From assembly GCA_903908245.1 (NCBI GenBank), contig CAIVRE010000002.1, forward strand, positions 26,761 through 90,760: a stretch of DNA of 64,000 nucleotides, written 5' to 3'. Shown here in pieces: positions 46,147 to 56,539 of this stretch; the first letter of the stretch is position 1, and each line of letters opens with the position of its first letter. Source of the DNA: Candidatus Omnitrophota bacterium (GTDB lineage Bacteria; Omnitrophota; Gorgyraeia; Zapsychrales; Fredricksoniimonadaceae). The translations under genes were made by a program, and so were the position numbers. Under the pieces are notes generated by a model. The model was not told the origin of the DNA, made no database searches, and was given only the letters and a program-made list of their open reading frames with translations.

Positions 46147-46632
46147 TTACTCGGTAATGTACTGCTTCATCTCCGACCAGGTCTTCTGTCCGATAACCCC
46201 GTCTGCCTTAAGATTATGCTTCCTCTGGAACTCCACGACCGCGGCCTTGGTCTTCGGGCCGATCCTTCCGTCGATCTTGCCCTCATAAAGCCCGGCGCCT
46301 TTAAGCGCTTTCTGGACTTCGGCAGGCGCAACCGCCACACGAATAAGCCCTTCCACATCATTCGATGAGGCCGACGAAGAAGACTTGACCGATGAAGACG
46401 ATGGTGCAGAGGCCTCAACCACTGCCGGCTGCTGTTTATCGTCCAGCTTGCCGGTGATCTCCTTGACCTCGTATTTCAGGTCCACGATCTCTTTTTCCTG
46501 CTCTTCCATGCGCTGTTCGAGGTCGACCACCTGGTTCTGGACCTGATTAATAGGCGCAACCTTGGCCTGGGTCGTAGCACATCCGGCCAGAGCCACAACA
46601 CCGATCAAAACAAATAATAAACGAACGTTCAC
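46147..46632 (-). CDS. Lipoprotein with coiled coil and C-terminal peptidoglycan-binding domain
   Basis: Lipobox LAGC; VQKALK.AGLY.GKIDG.IGPKT..AV..FQ....L.ADGVIG. Confidence 0.9.
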   Translation of the reverse strand: MNVRLLFVLIGVVALAGCATTQAKVAPINQVQNQVVDLEQRMEEQEKEIVDLKYEVKEITGKLDDKQQPAVVEASAPSSSSVKSSSSASSNDVEGLIRVAVAPAEVQKALKGAGLYEGKIDGRIGPKTKAAVVEFQRKHNLKADGVIGQKTWSEMKQYITE

Positions 46633-46674
46633 TGTAACCTCCTTTTAAAATTTTCTCCGAAAATCCCTGAAACC

Positions 46675-47328
46675 CTATTTCACCTGAAAAAGTTTTTTGA
46701 CCACCGGCATATCGTGCCGGGGCAACAAACTCGCAAAATCCCTGGTAGCCGCCTCGAACTCGTCTTCAACTGCCATGGTATATTCAAACCCCGGCCTGAC
46801 CAGCGGAACCCCGCCGAACTTCGCGCGTTCCTTTATGCCATCGATCTTAAGCGTGCCCAAATAATATGTCCGCTCAACAGATACCGGCATCTCCAGCGCA
46901 AGCGGCTCCTCGGCAATAGTGGAACCGACAGGAATAGCGATCGCTGTTACCGCGTATTTCCCCGGCGGAAGCTGAAGGAAGAAATATCCCGGCTCCATGA
47001 CCTCCCCCTTGCCCCAAGGCAGTAAATTCTGGTTGCTCTTGCTGCCCACATAAAAATAATAGACCCGGGAGGGGTCGGCCTGGTCAACAATGGTGAGCCG
47101 CGCGTAAGCGACCTTCAAAAGCCCGCAAAAATCCGTTTTACCGAATACAAGCCCCTTCGCCGGCATCTTCTTTCCTGCCGGCAGATGATGTGCCGCGGCC
47201 GCTGGTTGCGGCGCAATTGGTATATTGCCTGAATTAGAGCCCTCACGCTGACTGTGCCCGCTTTTTGAAAGAACAGCACACCCCGACAGACTACAAAAAA
47301 ATAACAGTAAAACCAGACACTTCCACAT
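46675..47328 (-). CDS. Hypothetical lipoprotein
   Basis: Lipobox LSGC; PGYFFLQLPPGKY beta-rich domain. Confidence 0.7.
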   Translation of the reverse strand: MWKCLVLLLFFCSLSGCAVLSKSGHSQREGSNSGNIPIAPQPAAAAHHLPAGKKMPAKGLVFGKTDFCGLLKVAYARLTIVDQADPSRVYYFYVGSKSNQNLLPWGKGEVMEPGYFFLQLPPGKYAVTAIAIPVGSTIAEEPLALEMPVSVERTYYLGTLKIDGIKERAKFGGVPLVRPGFEYTMAVEDEFEAATRDFASLLPRHDMPVVKKLFQVK

Positions 47329-47429
47329 TTCAGGACACGATAGGATGACCACTGATTAAATTCGGGGTTTAGTTTAGCAAAAAGAAATTTTATTGGATAG
47401 GGATTATTTTACTTTTAATGAATACCGAC

Positions 47430-47466
47430 AAAAAAACAACGGGCGAGGTCTCCTTAACCCCGCCCG
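47430..47466 (-). terminator. Probable intrinsic terminator
   Basis: CGGGCGGGGT...ACCTCGCCCG-TTGTTTTTT on minus strand. Confidence 0.6.
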
Positions 47467-47501
47467 CAGATTAAACTCTCTCTCAAAAACCGGCAGCAAC
47501 C

Positions 47502-47852
47502 CTAGGCAAGCGCTGCCGGACCAGAGGAGAGAACATGGGTCTTCCAGAACATCCTGACCGCCAATGTATGCAAATAATCGACCTGATGGATGAACCGCCC
47601 CTGCTTGAAATACACCGTCCCTTTGATACGCATAAAGAACGTTTCACTCTGGGCCTGGGTATCCACGCCCTTGAGCACACGGACCTGGGGCGCGGCAACC
47701 GTTTCAGGCACCGCTTCGGCGCGGCGCGTCAAATACACGAAACTCTTGCGGATAGCCGTATCGCAATCATTATCAGGCACAAATTCCCTTACCGAGACCA
47801 CCCGGCCACGGCTGCCTTTAAGCTCCTTCTTGGAATACACGACATTCTTCAT
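47502..47852 (-). CDS. Hypothetical protein
   Basis: 116 aa from ATG 47852 with GGAGG RBS, followed by terminator. Confidence 0.6.
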   Translation of the reverse strand: MKNVVYSKKELKGSRGRVVSVREFVPDNDCDTAIRKSFVYLTRRAEAVPETVAAPQVRVLKGVDTQAQSETFFMRIKGTVYFKQGRFIHQVDYLHTLAVRMFWKTHVLSSGPAALA

Positions 47853-47949
47853 TTTCCACGTCCCCTCCATACAAAAAGTATGGCATCTAAAAATGCGCAA
47901 AACAAGGGCTGGGAAGAAGCGCGGGAAAAGGCTTTCTCCCGACGGCAGA

Positions 47950-48597
47950 CTACGTTGGACGGCTGGTTCTTTTATGGAATGGGAGAGGGACCCTGGATTC
48001 CTGGCCATTGAGCAGGCGATGGATATTGGGCCGATGACGCACAACCACCAGAATGCAGAAAAAAATACCTAAAAGGGTCACCAAAAAAGGCACGGCAAAA
48101 ACGATCATGAATACCGGGAGTAAAATAGCTGCCACAATAGAAGATACGGAAATATACGCCGTCGCGAAAAAACACACGACCCAGCTGAGCAGGCATAAGC
48201 CGACCGGCCAACGGACAGCCGGAAGAGCCGCGGTCAGGCCGATCAGGACCCCCGCACTGGTCGCCACCCCCTTGCCGCCCTTAAACCCCAGGAAACAGGT
48301 CCAGTTATGGCCGCAAACCACCCCGATCGCGGCCAGGATACGCCCTTCCACTCCCGGAGTAAGCCATCCTGCCAGGAAAACAACCGGCAAAAGCCCCTTG
48401 ACCATATCGATCACCAGCACCGCGGTCCCGGGTAATTTCCCAAGGACCCGGAACGCGTTCGTTGCACCCATATTCCCCGAGCCATGCTGACGAATATCGA
48501 TACCCTTCATGACCTTGCCGAAAATAAACGCGGTCGGGATCGAACCTGTCAGATAACTTAATCCGGCGACCAACACAAAATTAAGGATGTTCATCAT
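47950..48597 (-). CDS. plsY: Glycerol-3-phosphate acyltransferase PlsY
   Basis: GSIP, DIRQHGSGNMGATN, GHNW, GGKGVAT, RHRPNI. Confidence 0.96.
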   Translation of the reverse strand: MMNILNFVLVAGLSYLTGSIPTAFIFGKVMKGIDIRQHGSGNMGATNAFRVLGKLPGTAVLVIDMVKGLLPVVFLAGWLTPGVEGRILAAIGVVCGHNWTCFLGFKGGKGVATSAGVLIGLTAALPAVRWPVGLCLLSWVVCFFATAYISVSSIVAAILLPVFMIVFAVPFLVTLLGIFFCILVVVRHRPNIHRLLNGQESRVPLPFHKRTSRPT

Positions 48598-49144
48598 TGA
48601 GCACCTTGATCCCTTCCTTCATATAAATAAGCCCGGAAACTACCGCCACAACAACGGCCAGCCACCAGATCACATGCGCCATATCCAGTTGAACAAAGAC
48701 CGTGACCACGCACACCGACTGCAGGAACGCTGTCGCCTTGCCCAGGATGTTCGGTTTTATCTCCATCGGGCAACGCTTAAGCTCGATCAAAAGGCCGCCC
48801 AGAATAAGGATCACATCGCGCGCCACGAACGTTACCACCAGCCACAACGGGAACCGTACCGCCCAGGCGAACCGCTCACCCTGCACATACAGGATGATGA
48901 GCGCGCTGATCAGGAAAAATTTGTCGGCCAGCGGGTCGAGGATCGACCCGGCTTTTGTTTTCTGATAGAACCGCCGGGCGATATAACCATCGATCACATC
49001 CGTGATCTCGGCCGTTAAATAAATGCCCAGGGACCACCAGAGCAGATACGCGCGCTCCGGCGAATACGACAACAACACCGCGATAAAGACCGGGATAAGA
49101 AGGATCCGCCCGATCGTGATCTTGTTCGCCAGGGTCAATCCCAT
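48581..49144 (-). CDS. CDP-alcohol phosphatidyltransferase (PgsA-like)
   Basis: ANKITIGR, DVIDGYIAR....T..GSILDPLADK. Confidence 0.9.
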   Translation of the reverse strand: MGLTLANKITIGRILLIPVFIAVLLSYSPERAYLLWWSLGIYLTAEITDVIDGYIARRFYQKTKAGSILDPLADKFFLISALIILYVQGERFAWAVRFPLWLVVTFVARDVILILGGLLIELKRCPMEIKPNILGKATAFLQSVCVVTVFVQLDMAHVIWWLAVVVAVVSGLIYMKEGIKVLNDEHP

Positions 49145-49147
49145 AGG

Positions 49148-49411
49148 TCACTCCGGAAGGACTTCAAGCTTCTCCCCCGTCTCGGGGTCGAACTCAAGAT
49201 CGCTGCTGTAATGTTTTCCCGTCGTTGGAGAATATTTTATGACCGGGGCACGGCCTGTGCCGACCACCATCCCGCCAACCACTTTTCGGGCCGCATCCAG
49301 CTGCTGGCCGACCGTCTCCGCCGGCTTGACCGGCGCTGCGGCTCCCGGCCCTGATGTCGCGCATCCGGCAAGGGACAATAACAGAAAGAATGAACAGATT
49401 ATTTTATCCAT
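49148..49411 (-). CDS. Small hypothetical lipoprotein
   Basis: Lipobox LAGC; C-terminal YSPTTGKHYS...FDPETGEKL (Cys-less zinc-ribbon-like repeat). Confidence 0.7.
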   Translation of the reverse strand: MDKIICSFFLLLSLAGCATSGPGAAAPVKPAETVGQQLDAARKVVGGMVVGTGRAPVIKYSPTTGKHYSSDLEFDPETGEKLEVLPE

Positions 49412-50001
49412 CGTATCCTGTTAAGCGGCCAGAAAATGCATTCCGCCTTGCCGACCACCAGTGCCTCGGGGACAAAACCCCAGAAACGGCTGTCATGGCT
49501 GGCCGCGCTGTTATCCCCCATCACAAAATAATTTCCGGGCGGCACGGTGGTGACCCGGCCTTCCGCGCCATACATGCCCATATTGTAATAATGGATATTC
49601 GCGATCGACCCCTCTGTGACCGCTTTCCCGTTAATGAGGACTTTCCCGTCAACGATCTGCACCGTCTCACCGCCCACCGCAATAAGGCGCTTGATAAAAT
49701 CCTTATCACGGGTAACCGGGTACTTAAAAACAATAACATCCCCGCGCTTGGGCTTGACGAACCCGGGAAGACGATATTTCGTGAAGGGAACAAGCGGCCC
49801 GTACTCGACCTTGGGAACGAACAAACGATCCCCTTCAATGAGCGTCATGCGCATTGACCCTGATGGTATCTTGAACGGCTCCACCAGGAACGCCCGGATG
49901 ACCATCGCCAGGACAAAAGCGACAATGATCGACTCCGCCCACTCCCACACAACCGCTTTCCAGCCCTGCTTCTTCTGCTCGTCAACTTGTGCCATAACCA
50001 T
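49399..50001 (-). CDS. lepB: Signal peptidase I
   Basis: IPSGSM, FIKRLI, GDNS..SHDSRFWGFVP. Confidence 0.96.
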   Translation of the reverse strand: MVMAQVDEQKKQGWKAVVWEWAESIIVAFVLAMVIRAFLVEPFKIPSGSMRMTLIEGDRLFVPKVEYGPLVPFTKYRLPGFVKPKRGDVIVFKYPVTRDKDFIKRLIAVGGETVQIVDGKVLINGKAVTEGSIANIHYYNMGMYGAEGRVTTVPPGNYFVMGDNSAASHDSRFWGFVPEALVVGKAECIFWPLNRIRWIK

Positions 50002-50002
50002 C

Positions 50003-51793
50003 CTAGATTTTAAGGGCGGCCAGAAATGCTTCCTGAGGCACTTCCACCCGGCCGACCGACCTCATTTTCTTTTTACCTTCTTTTTGCTTCTCCCACAACT
50101 TGCGCTTACGGCTGATATCCCCGCCGTAACACTTGGCGGTCACATTCTTGCCCATGGATTTGATCCGGGACGAGGCGATGATACGCCCGTCGCAGGATGC
50201 CTGGATGCGGATATCAAATAATTGCGCAGGGATAAGCTCCTTTAACTTGTCGCAAAGCGCCGCGCCCTTATCGTAAGCATGGTCCTTGTGGACCAGGCAA
50301 GAAAAGGCATCGCATTCCTCATCATTGATCAAAATATCGAGCTTGGCGATCGGGGCTGCCCGGTACCCGCAAAATTCATAATCGATCGAGCCATAGCCTC
50401 GGGTGGCGGATTTCACCATGTCATTAAAATCGACAATGACTTCCGAAAGGGGGATCTCGTAGATCACCCGCATGCGGTCTGAAATATATTCACTCTTCAC
50501 AAAAATGCCGCGCTTGCGCTTGGCCAATTCCATGACCGAATCCATCGACGCGACAGGCGTGAGCACCGAAACCTTAAGGTACGGCTCTTCCACGCTCTTG
50601 ACCGCACTCATGTTCGGCAATTGCGACGGGTTCTCGATGTCCGTCATGACCCCGTCCCTGGTCTCATAACGATATCCGACATTCGGCGTTGTCAGCACCA
50701 GGCTCAGATTATACTCGCGCTCCAGGCGCTCCTGAACGACTTCCATATGCAAAAGGCCCAGGAACCCGCAGCGAAACCCGTGGCCGAACGATTGTGATGT
50801 CTCTGGCTCATAGGTGAAACTCGGATCGCTCAAACGCAGTTTATCGATGGCCTCGCGCAGATCCATATACTGGTCCGCAGTCACGGGGTAGACCCCGCAG
50901 AAAACCAGCGGCTTTAACACGCGGTACCCTTCCAGCGGAGCCGCGCAGGGATTGGCAACGTCAGTCACCGTATCACCCACCCGCACTTCCTTCGGATCGC
51001 GGATATTGCAGGTAATATAACCGACCTCCCCCGAACCAAGCTCCTTGGCCTTAACATCAAAAGGCGAATAAACACCAATGCCGTCCACCGTATATTCCTT
51101 CTGCATGTTCATCATACGGACCTTGGAGCCGACCGTGACCTTGCCATCGATCACCCGGATGAAAACAATAATACCTTTATAGACATCATATTTCATGTCG
51201 AACATGAGCGCCTTGAGCGGCTGCTTTTCATCACCATACGGTGACGGAATGAAGTCGACGATCTTTTCCAGCAAAAGATCGATATTCAACCCTTCCTTCG
51301 CCGACACTTTCTGGATATCCGATTCCTTGAATTTCAAGGTCTCGCTGAACTTGCGCACGGACGCCTCAAGGTCGATCGACGCGATATCGATCTTGTTGAT
51401 GACCGGCAGGATCTCAAGGTTATTATTGATGGCCAAATAATAGTTGGCGACGGTCTGCGACTCAACGCCCTGGGTCGCGTCCACAATAAGAAGGGCCCCT
51501 TCGCAGGCCTTGAGCGACTTCTCGACTTCATACGTGAAATCAACATGGCCGGGAGTATCGATCAGATTAAGAAGATAATCCTTCCCGTCCTTCGCCCTGT
51601 AAGTCAGGCGGACAGCGGAAGCCTTGATGGTGATGCCGCGTTCACGCTCCAGGTCCATATCATCGAGAAGCTGGTTCTTGAAACTGCGCTCATCGATCGC
51701 GCCGCAGGCGAGCATCAGCCGGTCGGCCAGCGTTGACTTGCCGTGGTCAATATGCGCGATGATCGAAAAATTGCGGATGAGTTTCTGGTCCAT
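50003..51793 (-). CDS. lepA: Elongation factor 4
   Basis: IRNFSIIAHIDHGKSTLADR, GFRCGFLGLLH, KCYGGDISRKRKL. Confidence 0.99.
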   Translation of the reverse strand: MDQKLIRNFSIIAHIDHGKSTLADRLMLACGAIDERSFKNQLLDDMDLERERGITIKASAVRLTYRAKDGKDYLLNLIDTPGHVDFTYEVEKSLKACEGALLIVDATQGVESQTVANYYLAINNNLEILPVINKIDIASIDLEASVRKFSETLKFKESDIQKVSAKEGLNIDLLLEKIVDFIPSPYGDEKQPLKALMFDMKYDVYKGIIVFIRVIDGKVTVGSKVRMMNMQKEYTVDGIGVYSPFDVKAKELGSGEVGYITCNIRDPKEVRVGDTVTDVANPCAAPLEGYRVLKPLVFCGVYPVTADQYMDLREAIDKLRLSDPSFTYEPETSQSFGHGFRCGFLGLLHMEVVQERLEREYNLSLVLTTPNVGYRYETRDGVMTDIENPSQLPNMSAVKSVEEPYLKVSVLTPVASMDSVMELAKRKRGIFVKSEYISDRMRVIYEIPLSEVIVDFNDMVKSATRGYGSIDYEFCGYRAAPIAKLDILINDEECDAFSCLVHKDHAYDKGAALCDKLKELIPAQLFDIRIQASCDGRIIASSRIKSMGKNVTAKCYGGDISRKRKLWEKQKEGKKKMRSVGRVEVPQEAFLAALKI

Positions 51794-51798
51794 TTTTA

Positions 51799-52461
51799 TT
51801 ATTTCTGATGAATGCGGAGGAACATAAAGTCGACCGCTTCATCGATCGACATATTGGTGGAATCAACGCGGATGGCATCGTCGGCCTGTTTCAGCGGGCC
51901 GACTTTGCGGGAAGTGTCCTGATGGTCGCGCTCGGCCAGGTCTTTGGCCAGCGCCTCTTCATCAACATCCTGCCCCTTGGCACGCATCTCGTCAATACGG
52001 CGCCGGCAGCGCACCTTGAAATCCGCGTCGAGAAAGAACTTGTATTCCGCTTTCGGGAAAACCACGGTGCCGAGGTCGCGGCCATCGCCCACCATCGACT
52101 GGCGCAACCCCATCTTCTGCTGCCATTCTACCATCACATGGCGTACCCCGGGCGTGCGCGCGATATAGAACGTATTGTTGGTCACATCCACAGAACGGAT
52201 GGCTTCCGACACATCCTCGCCGTCGAGCAGGACCTTGAGCGGTTTGCCGGGTTCGTTCAACAGGTCGATGTGCGTATTCTTCGCCAGGCTCACCAGCGCA
52301 TCCGCATCCTCCAGCCTGACCTGACAGCGCATCGCCTTGACCGTAAGCGCACGGTACATCGCGCCCGTATCCATAAAAGCGAACCCGAGTCTTTTCGCCA
52401 GCAGCTTCGCTATCGTGCTCTTGCCCGCGCCCGCAGGCCCGTCGATCGTAATAACCATCAT
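51799..52461 (-). CDS. cmk: Cytidylate kinase
   Basis: IDGPAGAGKST, DTGAMYR, DGRDLGTVVFP. Confidence 0.97.
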   Translation of the reverse strand: MMVITIDGPAGAGKSTIAKLLAKRLGFAFMDTGAMYRALTVKAMRCQVRLEDADALVSLAKNTHIDLLNEPGKPLKVLLDGEDVSEAIRSVDVTNNTFYIARTPGVRHVMVEWQQKMGLRQSMVGDGRDLGTVVFPKAEYKFFLDADFKVRCRRRIDEMRAKGQDVDEEALAKDLAERDHQDTSRKVGPLKQADDAIRVDSTNMSIDEAVDFMFLRIHQK

Positions 52462-53327
52462 TATCCTTGCTTTTTATCCAGGCTTTCCCGGCGGCCCTTG
52501 GCCTGGGTAAGATATTCCGCGAGCGCCGCCTCGTCATGCTCAAGGATGTGTTTACGCAGGTCTGCCAGCGATTTCGCCATTTCATCGATGCTCTTGAGCA
52601 CATTGCGGTAATTCGACAAACAGATATCCCCCCACATCTTCGACGATGAAGCCGCCACGCGGGTCGTATCCTTCAGGCCGGTCGAACCATAGGGCAGGAA
52701 TTCATCGGGGATCGCACGCATCATCGCGAACGCCGCCAGATGAGGAAGATGGCTGACGAACGCCATCACTTCATCATGCTTCGCAGGTTCCATGACCCGG
52801 ACCTCCGCCCCCAGTTTGGTCCAGAGATGCTTTACCTTGTCTTTCGCAAGCTTGTTGGTCCTGGATGTCGGCGTCATGATGACCGCAGCCCCCTTGAAAA
52901 GATCCGCCGACGCATTCGCCACCCCGCTCTTCTCGGAGCCCGTCATCGGATGCGACCCAACGAAAAGAACATGGGTGGGAAAATACTTCTCCGCCGCATC
53001 AACCACAAAATCCTTGGTGCTGCCCACATCCGTCACGATACAATCACGGCGCAAATGCCGGGCGATATCCTTGATATTCTCAAGGATCACCTTGACCGGC
53101 GCGGCCAGGATCACCAGGTCCGCTCCCGCGATCGCCTTGTGAAGGTCCGTCTCGGCCACATCAATGGCGCCCATGGAAAGGGCCGTGCGCAATGACGCCT
53201 CATGGCCGGACATGCCGACCACTTTCTCGGCCAACCCGTTCTTCTTGAGCGCCAACCCGATGGAACCGCCGATAAGGCCCGTCCCGAGGATCACCGCTTT
53301 ACGGAACAAATGTCTTGAAAATACCAT
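52461..53327 (-). CDS. tyrA: Prephenate/arogenate dehydrogenase
   Basis: GTGLIGGS, TDVGSTK, SHPMTGSE, VSHLPH; start set at ATG 53327. Confidence 0.93.
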   Translation of the reverse strand: MVFSRHLFRKAVILGTGLIGGSIGLALKKNGLAEKVVGMSGHEASLRTALSMGAIDVAETDLHKAIAGADLVILAAPVKVILENIKDIARHLRRDCIVTDVGSTKDFVVDAAEKYFPTHVLFVGSHPMTGSEKSGVANASADLFKGAAVIMTPTSRTNKLAKDKVKHLWTKLGAEVRVMEPAKHDEVMAFVSHLPHLAAFAMMRAIPDEFLPYGSTGLKDTTRVAASSSKMWGDICLSNYRNVLKSIDEMAKSLADLRKHILEHDEAALAEYLTQAKGRRESLDKKQG

Positions 53328-54343
53328 TAGATCTCCCTTCCGACGGCACGAGCCACCGCGGTAAGCTCTTCCATTAAATTTGCGAACTGCGGGCAGGTCA
53401 AACACTGCACGCCGTCCGACCACGCCTCTTCCGGGGACTCGTGCACTTCGATCAGCACGCCATCCGCTCCGGCCGCCACACCGGCCCTGGCAATACTTCC
53501 CACCAGCGATGATTTTCCCGTCCCGTGGCTGGGATCAATGATGATCGGCAAATGCGACTTCTGCTTGACCACCGGGATCGCGTTGATATCAAGCGTATTA
53601 CGGGTCTCGGTCTCGAATGTCCGGATCCCGCGCTCGCAGAGGACCACATCATAATTGCCCTGCGCCAGGATATACTCCGCCGACATCAACCATTCCTTGA
53701 TGGTCGAGCTGATCCCCCGCTTGAGCAGCACGGGCTTGCGCGCCTTGCCCACTTCCTTGAGGAGGGAAAAGTTCTGCATGTTGCGCGCACCGATCTGGAA
53801 CATGTCCGCATACCCGGCCACCAGCTCCACATCCCGCGGGTCCATGACCTCGGTCACGGTCGCGATGCCCGCTTCCTTACCGACCGCCTTCAGGATCTTT
53901 AAACCCTCTTCCCCCATGCCCTGAAAATCGTAAGGTGACGTCCGCGGCTTGAACGCCCCGCCGCGCAGCATATTCGCGCCCGCCGCCTTGACCTTTTTGG
54001 CAATGGACAAAAGCATATCATACCCTTCGATCGCACAAGGCCCCGCCATCACGACCAGCCGCTTTCCGCCGGCCACGGCAGTACCGCCGAGCTTGACCTC
54101 CGAGGCCATTCCCTTGAATTCACGCGACACGAGCTTGTACGGCGCCAATACAGGCATGACCCGCTCAACGCCCGGGAACACTTCCAGCGGGACGACCTGC
54201 AGTTTATCCTCGGGGCCGATGAGCCCGATCACCGTCCGCTCCGCACCACGCGACACATTCGCCCGCAGGCCCATCGCTTCGGTCTTCTCCAGAATATGAC
54301 GGATATTCTCTTCCGTCGCGTTCGACTGCAGGACAATGATCAT
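53327..54343 (-). CDS. aroF: DAHP synthase (class I-beta)
   Basis: AGPCAIE, GGAFKPRTSPY, IGARNMQN, DPSHGTG. Confidence 0.96.
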   Translation of the reverse strand: MIIVLQSNATEENIRHILEKTEAMGLRANVSRGAERTVIGLIGPEDKLQVVPLEVFPGVERVMPVLAPYKLVSREFKGMASEVKLGGTAVAGGKRLVVMAGPCAIEGYDMLLSIAKKVKAAGANMLRGGAFKPRTSPYDFQGMGEEGLKILKAVGKEAGIATVTEVMDPRDVELVAGYADMFQIGARNMQNFSLLKEVGKARKPVLLKRGISSTIKEWLMSAEYILAQGNYDVVLCERGIRTFETETRNTLDINAIPVVKQKSHLPIIIDPSHGTGKSSLVGSIARAGVAAGADGVLIEVHESPEEAWSDGVQCLTCPQFANLMEELTAVARAVGREI

Positions 54344-55425
54344 AAAACCTCTTTCAACGCCTTTAAGAAACGGTTATTCTCTGCCGGTGTCCCGATAGAA
54401 ACACGGATATAATTCTGCAGGCCCCACACGCTCATGTCGCGCACGATCACGCCCTGCTTCATCAACCCGAGCACCACATCGCGGCTGTCCCTGGGGACAC
54501 GCACCTGAATGAAATTCGTACAACCCTTGCTGAATTCAACGCCCATCTTCCTGAACGCGGCACAAAGACGTTCGCGCTCGGAAGTCTGCTCCTTGATGAT
54601 CCGCTTGTAATACGGCCCGTCATTCAGCGCTGCCAGCGCCGCAGCCTGGGCAATAGATGTAACATTGAACGGCTCGCGCGCGCGGTCCAGTAATCCGGCA
54701 AGCCCGGCCTCCGCCATGCCATAGCCGATCCGTAAACCCGCCAACCCGTAGATCTTCGAGAACGTACGCGCCACGATCACGTTCTTGTGCGTCTTTAAAA
54801 GCGCCAAAGTATCGGGATAATCTTTCGCATTGATATACTCAAAATATGCCTCGTCAAAAAATACCAGCACATCCGCAGGGAACCCGGAGAGGAACTGTGC
54901 GATCTCGGTCCTTGTCGGATACAATCCTGACGGATTATCCGGGCTTCCAATAAAGACGATCTTGGTCCTGGACGTGACCGCGGCTTTCATCTGGACAAGG
55001 TCATAACGTAGACCGTTGAGCGGCACTTCCACCACCACTGCGCCGGCCGCTATGGAGGAAATGGAATAAACCAGGAACGAAGGCTTGGCGATCACGACTT
55101 CATCGCCCGGTTCAACGAACGCGCGGATCGCCATCACAATGACCTCATCCGAACCGCAGCCGAACACGAATTGCTCGGGGGAAAGTTTCAGGCGGCGCGC
55201 CAATTCACGGCGAAGCTCGAAACAGCTGCCATCCGGATAGCGGTTCACCGACTTTGCCGCGGCGTTGATCGCTTTCAACACTTTGGGCGACGGCGGATAC
55301 GGATTCTCATTGGACGCGAGTTTAATAACGCTCTTAAGCCCGAATTCCCGCTTGACCTCTTCAATAGGCTTCCCCGGGATATACGGTTTAATTTTTAAAA
55401 TATTCTTGTTAGCTCTGTTTAACAT
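54340..55425 (-). CDS. hisC: Histidinol-phosphate aminotransferase
   Basis: KLASNENP, DEAY, RTFSKIYGLAGLRIG; start uncertain (55425 or 55431). Confidence 0.95.
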   Translation of the reverse strand: MLNRANKNILKIKPYIPGKPIEEVKREFGLKSVIKLASNENPYPPSPKVLKAINAAAKSVNRYPDGSCFELRRELARRLKLSPEQFVFGCGSDEVIVMAIRAFVEPGDEVVIAKPSFLVYSISSIAAGAVVVEVPLNGLRYDLVQMKAAVTSRTKIVFIGSPDNPSGLYPTRTEIAQFLSGFPADVLVFFDEAYFEYINAKDYPDTLALLKTHKNVIVARTFSKIYGLAGLRIGYGMAEAGLAGLLDRAREPFNVTSIAQAAALAALNDGPYYKRIIKEQTSERERLCAAFRKMGVEFSKGCTNFIQVRVPRDSRDVVLGLMKQGVIVRDMSVWGLQNYIRVSIGTPAENNRFLKALKEVL

Positions 55426-55477
55426 AACCATCGCCTTTTTCTTGTTCTCACTAAATCCGGCCTCGCCCGGGCTCACA

Positions 55478-56539
55478 CTAAGCAGGATAAGATCCCAGCA
55501 CTTTCAGGAATTTACACATCCCCTCAAGCTTCCCGAGCGCCTTCTGCACCCGGGCATCATCCTTATGCCCCTCGAGATCCACAAAAAAATAATAATCCCA
55601 CGCCTTCTTCTTGATCGGGCGCGATTCAATGCGCGTCAGGTTAATTCCATTCTTCGCGAACGGCTCGAGCATCTTGTAAAGCACCCCGGCCTTGTCCTTG
55701 ATGGAAAAGACGATCGATGTACGGTCTCTTCCCGTCGGCAATGCCGACTGGCGGCCGATAATATAGAACCGTGTGGCATTATGCGCCACATCCTGGATAT
55801 TCGCCCGCAACACTTTCAGCCCATAGATACGGCCGCACTCCAGCGACGCCAGCGCGGCCGCATTCTTTTCGGCCGCCGCGGCCTTCGCCGCATCGGTCGT
55901 CGCCGCAACACTGATCTGCTTCACCCGCTCGGGCGGCATGTTGGCCAAAAGCCAGTTGCGGCACTGCGCCAGCACCTGGGGATTCGAATAGATCTTTCTT
56001 ATATCACCGGCCGGCCCGTTCGCCAGGAGATTATGCGAAACCCTGATCATCACCTGCGCGCAAACCTGAAGGTCAGATTCCGTCAAACGGTCCGCTGTAG
56101 GCGTGACCGAGCCTTCCACGGAATTCTCGATCGGCACAATACCATAATCACACTCGCCGTTCTCAACCGACAGGAACACGTCCGCAATACTGGCGCGCCC
56201 GCAATAATTCGCCTGGGAACCGAATTTATGGACCGCCGCGGCATAAGAATTGGACCCCTCCGCGCCAAGATAAGCAATGGACAGCGGCTTCTCGAGCGCG
56301 ATCGACGCCGACATGACCTCCCGGTACACCGCCTCGAAAGCCGCATAAGGCATCGGCCCTTTATTGAGCGACTTGATACGGTCAAGCACTTGCCGTTCAC
56401 GGTCAGGCGCATAGATCCCTTTATTACCCTTGATCTTTGCCTTGCCGACCGCAAGCGACACGGCCGCCCGGTCATTGAGCAACCGGACAATACGGGTGTC
56501 AATACTGTCGATCTTATTGCGCAGGTGCGTCAGGTCCAT
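55478..56539 (-). CDS. pheA: Chorismate mutase/prephenate dehydratase
   Basis: N-terminal CM domain, PIENSVEG, NATRF, ACT domain NLTRIESRP. Confidence 0.96.
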   Translation of the reverse strand: MDLTHLRNKIDSIDTRIVRLLNDRAAVSLAVGKAKIKGNKGIYAPDRERQVLDRIKSLNKGPMPYAAFEAVYREVMSASIALEKPLSIAYLGAEGSNSYAAAVHKFGSQANYCGRASIADVFLSVENGECDYGIVPIENSVEGSVTPTADRLTESDLQVCAQVMIRVSHNLLANGPAGDIRKIYSNPQVLAQCRNWLLANMPPERVKQISVAATTDAAKAAAAEKNAAALASLECGRIYGLKVLRANIQDVAHNATRFYIIGRQSALPTGRDRTSIVFSIKDKAGVLYKMLEPFAKNGINLTRIESRPIKKKAWDYYFFVDLEGHKDDARVQKALGKLEGMCKFLKVLGSYPA